From the NCBI GenBank assembly GCA_963809855.1, contig CAWELF010000002.1, positions 61,646-125,645 of the forward strand: DNA of 64,000 bases, read 5' to 3'. Positions 56,237-64,000 of the stretch are shown one piece after another. The first letter of the stretch is position 1, and the number at the start of each line of letters is the position of its first letter. A program made the translations under genes and the position numbers. The notes beneath the pieces were generated by a model. It did no database searches and was not told the origin of the DNA. It worked only from the letters and a program-made list of their open reading frames with translations. The stretch is from an uncultured Bacteroidales bacterium (lineage in GTDB: Bacteria; Bacteroidota; Bacteroidia; Bacteroidales; VadinHA17).

Positions 56237-59200
56237 ATGAAACAAAAAACAATCAAACCTATTCCACTGTTTAAGTATGGAATACAAAAAGCTCTGCTAA
56301 TCATTAATCTGGTTCTGATCGCTTTGATGATCAGTCCGTTGAAGATGAATGCAGCTGGCCCGGATAGTAATTCCGGAAGCATTCTGCAACAGGTAACTGT
56401 TACTGGAATAATAAAAGATGAAAATGGACAGCCGATGCCGGGTGTTAACATCCTTGTTGAAGGTACAACCTTCGGGAGCATATCCGACTTAAATGGAAAG
56501 TATACTATATCAGTACCCAATGTAAATGCAGTACTGGTATTTACATTTGTAGGCTACACCGAATTAAAAGTACCAGTTGCTGGTAAGACAAAAATCGATG
56601 TATCGCTTGTGCCTTCAGTGGCAAGCCTCGATGAAGTTGTAGTTGTAGGTTATGGAACGCAGAAGAAGAGTGACATTACTGGTTCTATTTCATCAGTCCG
56701 TTCAGATGCTCTCAAGAATATATCTGCCACTGATGCAGCTGCAGCCCTTCAAGGTAAAGCTGCAGGCGTTCAGGTTTTGAGCAATTCTGGCGCTCCTGGT
56801 CAGGGTGCAACCATCCGTGTACGTGGTTACTCCTCAAACTCAGGTAGTATCGGTCCACTCCTTATTGTTGATGGTCTTAAGGTAGATAACATTCAGTACC
56901 TTGAACCTTCTATGATTGAGTCTTATCAGGTATTGAAGGATGCTGCTTCTGCAGCTATTTATGGCGCCGAGGCAGGTAACGGTGTCATTTTGATTACTAC
57001 TAAAACTGGAGCTAGTGGTACTTCCAGCCTTTCTTATGATTTTAGTTACACGACCCAGAGCCTTGCCAGAAAGCCGAAAATTTTCAGGGCTGCGGATTTT
57101 ATCAAATATAAGGAAATGTCGGGTCTTCCTATCGATGCTGCATTGACAGCAAATGGTTATTCCGGCACAGACACCGACTGGTTCGATGTAGTATTCGCAC
57201 CTTCCTCGAGCCCACAGCATACTATCACTTACCAGGGAGGAAATAAAATGGGAAACTTTTTTTCTTCCATTAATTATATAAACGATGATGGTATGGTAAG
57301 AGGTCCTAAGGATGTTTACAAACGTCTCACTGCTCAGATTAATGCTGACTATAATATTAAAGAATGGTTACAGGTAGGTACCAACAACTCTATAGAGAAT
57401 TGGTCCACAAAATCTGTTAGTCAGCAGTCACAGTACAATTCAGTTATGAACTCAGCGATGACTCTCGACCCTCTGACCCCTGTTTACTATTCTTCTCCGA
57501 CTGAGTTCGCCACAACTATGTTGAGTGCTTATAACGCAGGTAAGAATATACTCATTGATCCTACCAATGGTCTTTACTATGCTACTTCAAAGTATATAAC
57601 AGACGATAGCGGTAACCCTTTGCTCCAAAGAGACCGTGTCGACGCTTCAAATGGAGGTATCAACCTTCGGGGTGTTATGTATGCAAACTTAAAGCCTGTA
57701 AAAGGACTTGTAATTACCTCTCGTTTCGGGTATAGAGTGGGACAGAGTAATTCACATAGTTATAATACTCCATATTATGCTACACCACAGGCACAGACAA
57801 ATGACTACAGCATCTCTGCTGGTGCAAATACCAGCAGGTACTATCAATGGGAAAACTTCGCCAATTATAATCTTACCTTAAATAAACATAGTTTCACAGG
57901 TATGGCCGGTATGTCTTACATCCAAAATAATTCGGATAATGTTAGTGGCAATGCTTCAGGACCCGATATATTAACAGGATACGATCCGAACTTCCGATAT
58001 CTTAATTATGTAAAAAGTAATGTGGTCAACGGCGTGGAATTGACAGCCAAGGGTTTCGGTAATGCGCCCGGCCAATCGGCTCAGTTAGGATATTATGGAC
58101 GTTTGGTTTACTCTTACGACAATAAATACACCGTTTCGGGTAACTTCCGTGCCGATGCATTCGACTCATCTAAATTGTCAGCCAGCAACCGCTGGGGTTA
58201 TTTCCCATCAATCTCTGCCGGCTGGACCGTCAGTAACGAAAAATTCTTTGCTAATATCCCAAAAAGTGCTCTCTCTTTCTTGAGGCTCCATGGTTCCTGG
58301 GGGCAAAATGGTAATATTAGTGCACTTGGCAGTTACCAATATAACACAACCATCAGTAAGAACGGCACATGGTATCAGTATGGTGTCACTAATACTGCTC
58401 CTTCATATGGTTCTTACCCTACAGGCTTAGCTAACCCAAATCTCAAATGGGAGACCTCAGAACAGTTAGACTTTGGTGTTGATATGAGATTTTTGAATGA
58501 CAAGCTCTCTCTTACTGCGGGCCACTATACCAAGAAAACCAAAGATCTTCTCGTCTCTATTACCCCTCCAGCGGAAGTCGGTGTTGGCAGCACCACTGTC
58601 AACGCAGGTTCTGTTCTCAACCGCGGTTTCGAGTTCGAAACAACCTGGAAAGATAATATAGGTAGTGATTTTAGTTACTCTATCTCCGCTAACGTCTCTA
58701 CACTACACAATGAGGTTACTTACCTCGATCCTTCCATAACACGCCTTACTGGTTCTACCGGCGGTGTATCTGGCACCAACAACCCTGTCTATTCGGCATT
58801 CGAGGTTGGTAAACCTATCTGGTACTTCAGAGGTTACAAGTATGACGGTGTTGATCCTACTACTGGTGCAGCAATTCTCAGGGATGTCAATGGAGATGGG
58901 GTGATATCTGATGCAGATATGACCTATATTGGAAAGGCAATTCCCGATTACACATATGGTCTTACCCTAAACCTTGGGTATAAAGGATTTGACTTGAACA
59001 TATTTGGTAATGGCGTAGGAGGTTGTAATATCTTTACTGTGCTTTATCGTGCTGATACCCCAATGCGTAACTCACTTAAGTATTACTATGACAATGCCTG
59101 GACACCAACAAATACGGGTGCCTCTATGCCTGATCCTAAGGCAGTAGTTTCTGACTGGCATTTTTGGGGTTCTTCAGCTTCCATGTTCAGCGGTGCATAC

Positions 59201-59440
59201 TTCAAGATCAAACAGATGCAGTTGGGCTACACCGTTCCTGCAGCAATTACAAGGAAGGCAGGCATCAGCAGACTGAGAGGCTATGTATCTTTGGATGACT
59301 TCATCACCTTTACTAAATATCCCGGAACTGATCCGGAAACAGCTACTTCTTCCAACAATGGTGCTTCCAGTAATGGCTATGATAACGGGACGTATCCTCA
59401 ATCTAAGAAGGTTATCCTTGGTCTAAATGTTACATTCTAA
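56237..59440 (+). CDS. SusC/RagA-family TonB-dependent outer-membrane transporter
   Basis: 1,067 aa. CarboxypepD_reg-like VTGIIKDENGQPMPGVNILVEGT, plug VVVGYGTQKKSDITGSISSV, and a C-terminal aromatic residue (LGLNVTF). There is no STN-type N-terminal signalling extension. Confidence 0.92.
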   Translation: MKQKTIKPIPLFKYGIQKALLIINLVLIALMISPLKMNAAGPDSNSGSILQQVTVTGIIKDENGQPMPGVNILVEGTTFGSISDLNGKYTISVPNVNAVLVFTFVGYTELKVPVAGKTKIDVSLVPSVASLDEVVVVGYGTQKKSDITGSISSVRSDALKNISATDAAAALQGKAAGVQVLSNSGAPGQGATIRVRGYSSNSGSIGPLLIVDGLKVDNIQYLEPSMIESYQVLKDAASAAIYGAEAGNGVILITTKTGASGTSSLSYDFSYTTQSLARKPKIFRAADFIKYKEMSGLPIDAALTANGYSGTDTDWFDVVFAPSSSPQHTITYQGGNKMGNFFSSINYINDDGMVRGPKDVYKRLTAQINADYNIKEWLQVGTNNSIENWSTKSVSQQSQYNSVMNSAMTLDPLTPVYYSSPTEFATTMLSAYNAGKNILIDPTNGLYYATSKYITDDSGNPLLQRDRVDASNGGINLRGVMYANLKPVKGLVITSRFGYRVGQSNSHSYNTPYYATPQAQTNDYSISAGANTSRYYQWENFANYNLTLNKHSFTGMAGMSYIQNNSDNVSGNASGPDILTGYDPNFRYLNYVKSNVVNGVELTAKGFGNAPGQSAQLGYYGRLVYSYDNKYTVSGNFRADAFDSSKLSASNRWGYFPSISAGWTVSNEKFFANIPKSALSFLRLHGSWGQNGNISALGSYQYNTTISKNGTWYQYGVTNTAPSYGSYPTGLANPNLKWETSEQLDFGVDMRFLNDKLSLTAGHYTKKTKDLLVSITPPAEVGVGSTTVNAGSVLNRGFEFETTWKDNIGSDFSYSISANVSTLHNEVTYLDPSITRLTGSTGGVSGTNNPVYSAFEVGKPIWYFRGYKYDGVDPTTGAAILRDVNGDGVISDADMTYIGKAIPDYTYGLTLNLGYKGFDLNIFGNGVGGCNIFTVLYRADTPMRNSLKYYYDNAWTPTNTGASMPDPKAVVSDWHFWGSSASMFSGAYFKIKQMQLGYTVPAAITRKAGISRLRGYVSLDDFITFTKYPGTDPETATSSNNGASSNGYDNGTYPQSKKVILGLNVTF

Positions 59441-59457
59441 TTTAATATTTTAATAAT

Positions 59458-61122
59458 ATGAAAAAATATAAATATATACCTCTCTTTCTTTTTGTGGTGT
59501 TATTCATTGCATGCAATAAGAATAGCCTTGAAATTCCACAAAAGGGTGTCATTAGTCCAGATGCGTTTTATAAAACTGATGCAGATGCGCAATCAGCGCT
59601 CGTCGCTGCATACTCTAATTTTCATCAAAATATCGGCGGTAATGCTGGTATTTATAATGCTTACAATATACTTTACAACTACCCCTCAGATAACATACTC
59701 GCAGCAGGAGAGTTTTATGGCGACAATGATTTCTTAGCTGCCATCAATGAGTTTCGTTTTGATGCGCAAAATGAAGTTATTAGAAACATGTACCAAAAAT
59801 TCTACTACGCTATCCGTTACGCTAACCTCGTTATCACTAATTTCAAATACGGGGATAGCCCAGTAAAAGACCGTTGTATTTCTGAAGCAAGGATTATGCG
59901 TGCATATTGTCATATGATGCTTGCAATGGCATGGGGTTCCCCTCCGCTTGTTACAGACATTCTTATTGGAACCTCCAGACCTGCAAACTATGCAAGCGGG
60001 CATGATGCTCTTCTTCAGTGGTGTGCAGATGAGTGTGCAGCTTCTGTCCAATATCTTGACGAGCGTATAAGCACAGCAGATAAAGATGGCGCTGTGAAAA
60101 TTACCAAAGGTTTTGCCTGGACAGTTCAAGGAAAGGCTCTTCTTTACAAGAAAGACTATGCTGGTGCAAAAACAGCTCTTAAAAAAGTAATCACTTCAGG
60201 AAAATACGACCTTGTCGCTGGTGCAGATTGGGCCAATCTCTTCCATATTGAGGGCAACGGTTCCGCAGAGAAAATATTCGAGTTTAATATCCTTCTCAAT
60301 TCCAATCTCTCAGCAACGTCTCGCACCACATGGATGGAAATAAATCTTTGGGGATATAGAACTTCCCATATGGCCGGTACTCCACTAATGCAAGCTGTCC
60401 AGGGATGGGGCGGTTTGGCTATTCAAGAAGACTTTGCCAATCAGTTCGCAGCAAACGATGGGGATTCTTATCGGCGCAAAGGTACGATGATGACTTATAA
60501 TGAGTTTATTACTGGAATTGCATATCCTAACGACGCCAGCGTACCAACCACTGCGCAGAAACTTGCAGACCCGAAGAGAGGGATTAGTTATGCTACTGGC
60601 AATTACGGACAGAGCGCATACCTTCAGAGAAAGTTTATCGCTTCTTCAACAGATATTAATCAAACAAAAACTGTCAGTTACAGAAACTTCATCGTTGAAA
60701 GATACGCTGATGTGCTTCTCATGTATGCTGAGGCTTGTGCCCAGACAACCGACCCTGATGGTCTTCAATATCTCCAGAAGGTTCAGCAACGTGCAGGATC
60801 AGCATATATAAGTTCTGCATTAACTCTGGCTGATGTTAAGAAAGAAAGAAACTATGAGTTGTGGTGTGAAGGCTCAAGATGGATTGATATGAATCGTTGG
60901 GGAGAATTTGATAAAGCAAAGACTGCAGGAAAAAATATTCCATCACTTGTAGATGCTTTCTTTTCTTTAGGCGAGGCTGCTCATAGAGGATATGTCACTC
61001 ACTCAGAGCCTAACGCGAGTAAAACAGTTGGCTTCGTGGCAGGTAAACACGAATATTTCCCTTATCCTTACAGCGAAACCTCGATTAATCCTAGCATAGT
61101 ACAAAATCCAGGATGGCAATAA
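59458..61122 (+). CDS. SusD/RagB-family outer-membrane lipoprotein
   Basis: 554 aa with a lipobox (LFIAC|NKN) and a TPR-like SusD fold pattern (RAYCHMMLAMAWG, RYADVLLMYAEA). It lies 17 nt downstream of the susC-like gene. Confidence 0.9.
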   Translation: MKKYKYIPLFLFVVLFIACNKNSLEIPQKGVISPDAFYKTDADAQSALVAAYSNFHQNIGGNAGIYNAYNILYNYPSDNILAAGEFYGDNDFLAAINEFRFDAQNEVIRNMYQKFYYAIRYANLVITNFKYGDSPVKDRCISEARIMRAYCHMMLAMAWGSPPLVTDILIGTSRPANYASGHDALLQWCADECAASVQYLDERISTADKDGAVKITKGFAWTVQGKALLYKKDYAGAKTALKKVITSGKYDLVAGADWANLFHIEGNGSAEKIFEFNILLNSNLSATSRTTWMEINLWGYRTSHMAGTPLMQAVQGWGGLAIQEDFANQFAANDGDSYRRKGTMMTYNEFITGIAYPNDASVPTTAQKLADPKRGISYATGNYGQSAYLQRKFIASSTDINQTKTVSYRNFIVERYADVLLMYAEACAQTTDPDGLQYLQKVQQRAGSAYISSALTLADVKKERNYELWCEGSRWIDMNRWGEFDKAKTAGKNIPSLVDAFFSLGEAAHRGYVTHSEPNASKTVGFVAGKHEYFPYPYSETSINPSIVQNPGWQ

Positions 61123-61189
61123 AAAAATCGTAAGAGTTTTTTAGCGCTATCACATAAATTGTGTAAACAAAAAGAGGGTGTCTCAAAAG

Positions 61190-62942
61190 GAGGGCACTGA
61201 AAAAGTATCCCTTATTAGAGTAGGAACTTAAAAAATCAGCTGGCAGGTGAAGTCCAAAATTTCATCTGCCAGTTTTTTTATTACAGTGCGAAGTGCAATT
61301 TTTTAGAGTTAAAGTCCTTCCGGGCTTATTATTTGGGATGCTTTTAGGTTTTTGGGGATTGGAAACTGTGTTAGTTCAATAATTTGAAGATCCTTTTCAG
61401 GTTTACAGTAAAAATAGCCATTGCACCCTGCATTTGCATGCTGTCAATTCCATACGAACTAGCCCTTCCGTATCCATGTATGTTTTTTAATTCACTATTT
61501 TTTGCTTCAATCTTATACCTGTGTTTTGCTTTTTCTTTGAAGTAATCTGTCTGTTGAAACTTCATTTGTTCCTGGTGTTCATCAGATTTAAGAGAGACAG
61601 AATAGCTTTTGGTTTTTGAGGCAGGTTTATAACATCCATTTTTTAATGTACATGTTTTACATTTTTCGACATCGAAGAAATAAGTATCTGTTTGGTTGGT
61701 GCTATAATTTTTCTTTCCCTGACGTGCTTTTCTAATAGCCATGTGTCCACCCGGACAGACAAACATTCCTGCATCTTTGTTGTAATCAAAGGTATTTTCA
61801 TGTTTACGGAAGCCTTGCGTGACCGAAGGATTCATTTTTGCAACGATTTTTATATCCTGACCACTGGCCAACTCAAGGTTTTCCTTTCCAGCGTAGGCTG
61901 CGTCGCCAATGATAGTATTTACTTCAATCCCATTCTCTTGACTGGCTTCAAGCAATGCAGGCAGCTCAGGACCGTCACCCTTTTCTCCGGATGTCACTAC
62001 AGCCGCTGTAATAATACGTTCCTCTGTCATAGCGATATGTGTTTTGAACCCAAAGAATGAGGTGTCCGCTGTTTTATGTCCTGTCCTGGCATCGGGATCC
62101 TTTGAGAGTGTATAATGATCCTGGGTATCTTCAATGGTTTCCTTCAACAAGTTTAGCTTTTCTTTTACTTTGGGCATTGACCGCAGCACTTCATCTAACT
62201 CTATCTCCTTTTCAAGTTTACCACAATATGATAACTCATGTTCCAGATCATTATCTTCGTTCTTTTCGGGCATTCGCCCTTTCCAGTTCTCGTCTGTAGA
62301 ATAAACCACCTTGCGAAGCTGACGGGCTCTTTCCTTCAACACTTCAATGGGTGACAATGGGTTCGACCTGGATAATGAATGTGTCGCGTCAACAATAATG
62401 GACTTCGATCTTATGATGCCTTTTTCTATGGCAATGGAGACGGTCTTGCCTATCAGAAGGTTTAACAAATCTGTATCCTTCAACCGCAGTTTCCTAAATT
62501 TGGTAAGCGAACTCGGGTTTATGACACCTTCTTCAGGTGTCATTTCCAAAAAGTACTTGAAAGACATATCACAAAGGGAACGCTCAACTATATCCACATC
62601 CGATACATCATATATCGTTTTGAGTAACAGGTATTTGAACATGCGAATGGGGCTTTCAGCATTGCGCCCATTGGTTAAGCAGTATTTATTTACTAGCTCA
62701 TCGTGTATGAACGAAAAATCGATTAGCTCGTTAATTTTTCGAAGAAGATTATCCTTGGGTACGATCAGGTTATATAAATCTGAGTAGGTACTAAGCTGAA
62801 TCTTTTGTTGTTGTGCTAACATTTAAGTGCCTTTAATTCAGGCTTTAAGATACGAAAAAAACAGTAAAATACAAAGTTTTCAACCTGTATTTTACTGCTA
62901 AATGTTTAATAATCTTGTCCGAGGGACTTTTTCAGTGCCCTC
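61190..62942 (-). mobile_element. IS1182-like insertion sequence, copy 2
   Basis: Same length and orientation as copy 1, with 4 substitutions in 1,753 bp (54298/61683, 54436/61821, 55381/62766, 55476/62861). The flanks are CTCAAAAG and CTCAATAG. Confidence 0.85.
61371..62822 (-). CDS. DDE transposase (IS1182-family-like), identical protein to copy 1
   Basis: All three nucleotide differences inside the CDS are synonymous (Thr, Val, Leu codons). Confidence 0.85.
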   Translation of the reverse strand: MLAQQQKIQLSTYSDLYNLIVPKDNLLRKINELIDFSFIHDELVNKYCLTNGRNAESPIRMFKYLLLKTIYDVSDVDIVERSLCDMSFKYFLEMTPEEGVINPSSLTKFRKLRLKDTDLLNLLIGKTVSIAIEKGIIRSKSIIVDATHSLSRSNPLSPIEVLKERARQLRKVVYSTDENWKGRMPEKNEDNDLEHELSYCGKLEKEIELDEVLRSMPKVKEKLNLLKETIEDTQDHYTLSKDPDARTGHKTADTSFFGFKTHIAMTEERIITAAVVTSGEKGDGPELPALLEASQENGIEVNTIIGDAAYAGKENLELASGQDIKIVAKMNPSVTQGFRKHENTFDYNKDAGMFVCPGGHMAIRKARQGKKNYSTNQTDTYFFDVEKCKTCTLKNGCYKPASKTKSYSVSLKSDEHQEQMKFQQTDYFKEKAKHRYKIEAKNSELKNIHGYGRASSYGIDSMQMQGAMAIFTVNLKRIFKLLN

Positions 62943-63018
62943 CTCAATAGGACACCCTTCTTTTTTAATTAATAGAATTCGATTAATTTACTAGGAAACT
63001 ATATTGTCTGGTTAAATT

Positions 63019-63165
63019 CTATTCCGTCCCTATGGGACTTGGAAGCATTTCCCAACCTGCGTTCTACCAATATCTTGTCCCTAGGGGACGATCCCGTCAG
63101 GGATCAAATATTGGTAGAGAAATAAAGTATCTAGGTTTCTTAAAGTCCCGTAGGGACACAATATA
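63019..63165. repeat. REP cluster 3: same four-unit design and flanks as clusters 1 and 2, but with different hairpin stems and no central spacer
   Basis: CTATTCCG-GTCCCtatGGGAC-TTGG; TCTACCAATATCTT-GTCCCtagGGGAC; GATCCCgtcaGGGATC-AAATATTGGTAGA; AAA-GTCCCgtaGGGAC-ACAATAT. Confidence 0.7.
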
Positions 63166-63795
63166 ATAATGGGTTGTATAAGATTTATAGTTTTTTAACC
63201 GAACTCCAATAATTATGAATTAAATATTTAATAAATATCGGTTATCAATAATAATCTTAAAATAATCGAGTATGAGATTACTCGCTAACGCTCGGATTGA
63301 CAGTATTTTTTATACAACAACCCAACCTTGTCATTCCTAGTTTTCATATAAAAAATTTGCACATCAGGGATTATGACAACTTAAAGATTCTTTTGGTCCT
63401 TCTATACGAAAGGAGATCCCTCATCCATTCACTCCATATTTTCCTTTTATCTCGGACTTTGGTGGATGAATGAAGGATCTCCCAATCTCTTAACGAAAAT
63501 AACTATGAGCTCATAATGTGTTTGTTACAAAATGTTGTCATTAGTAGCGACAGCGAGGAATCCCCATCATCTATCTTGATATTTTGATTTAATTCCAATT
63601 CAATTATTATTCATTCCCGATACTCATTAAATATTTTATAGGCGTATCCATATTTTTACTATTTTTATCAGTGCCAGTTCTAGCAAAACAGAGGGGATGG
63701 CGGGGGAATATTTTATTCGATTTTGCTTATGGTCAGGCTTTGAGCCTTAAAGTCAGATACTCTTTAACCTATTATCAATCTATAATTAACCTACA

Positions 63796-64000
63796 ATGAA
63801 AAAATGTCTTTATTCTTTTACGGTGTTGATGTTACTTTTCAATGCTTTTATAATTAGTGCTCAGGATATTCCGCCTACAACATCCCTGGTATATCCCGGT
63901 ACTGACGGTAAGCTTGTTTATGTTGCTGATAGTCTGGGTAATAAAATCCCTGATTTCTCAAACGCCGGATACAAAGGCGGCGGTGTACCAATCCCTTATG
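63796..64000 (+). CDS. Secreted protein, N-terminal fragment, running off the window (possibly a right-handed beta-helix / pectate-lyase-superfamily-like protein)
   Basis: The ATG at 63796 opens MKKCLYSFTVLMLLFNAFIISAQDIPPTTSLVYPGTDGKLVYVADSLGNKIPDFSNAGYKGGGVPIPY, a signal peptide followed by sequence. The frame is open to nt 64000. The family guess rests on the PDFS.AGY.GGGV motif from memory only. Confidence 0.35.
   Translation, partial: MKKCLYSFTVLMLLFNAFIISAQDIPPTTSLVYPGTDGKLVYVADSLGNKIPDFSNAGYKGGGVPIPY

Noticed and set aside
53805-62942. Reading the IS-susCD-IS unit as evidence that susCD was horizontally imported on a composite transposon
   Set aside because: Each IS has its own flanking direct repeat, and each splits a separate local palindrome whose halves lie on either side of that IS. 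That indicates two independent insertions around resident DNA. No shared target duplication is seen at the outer ends.

Overview
This is a 64-kb segment of a Bacteroidota-type chromosome, judged from the SusC/SusD pair, the Sec and lipoprotein signal peptides and roughly 40% GC by eye. It is almost entirely exo-acting carbohydrate-active enzymes. A 23-kb co-directional + strand array encodes GH97 (5'-truncated by the window edge), GH3+PA14, GH2 (LacZ-like), NPCBM-GH27, GH31, GH2, GH31 with a PA14-like insert, a long GH3, and GH95. The rest of the window holds three more long GH3 paralogs (four in total, about 1,280 aa each), a second GH95, a GH43 with discoidin and Fn3 modules, an ACS-type MFS permease, a membrane-anchored DUF362 protein, a small BNR/Ycf48-like propeller, and a tandem array of six CE1-type (feruloyl-esterase-like) esterases. 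I see no endo-glycanase, regulator, tRNA, rRNA, CRISPR array or defence genes. Two 99.8%-identical IS1182-like elements in direct orientation bracket the only susC/susD pair, and each is inserted at the apex of a palindrome. A single IS200-like Y1 (RAYT-type) transposase directly abuts a four-hairpin REP cluster. Two further clusters of the same design occur, one inverted and one with compensatory stem changes. Three roughly 100-bp TTAAC...GTTAA palindromes and one nested alternative-hairpin element lie between enzyme genes. The most unusual protein-level signal is a set of Gly/Pro/Ala/Arg/Gln-rich low-complexity insertions in surface loops of two unrelated families in this locus: five of the six esterases and three to four of the long GH3s. 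All family assignments come from motif recognition by eye, since no searches were possible, and identity percentages and loop lengths are hand estimates.
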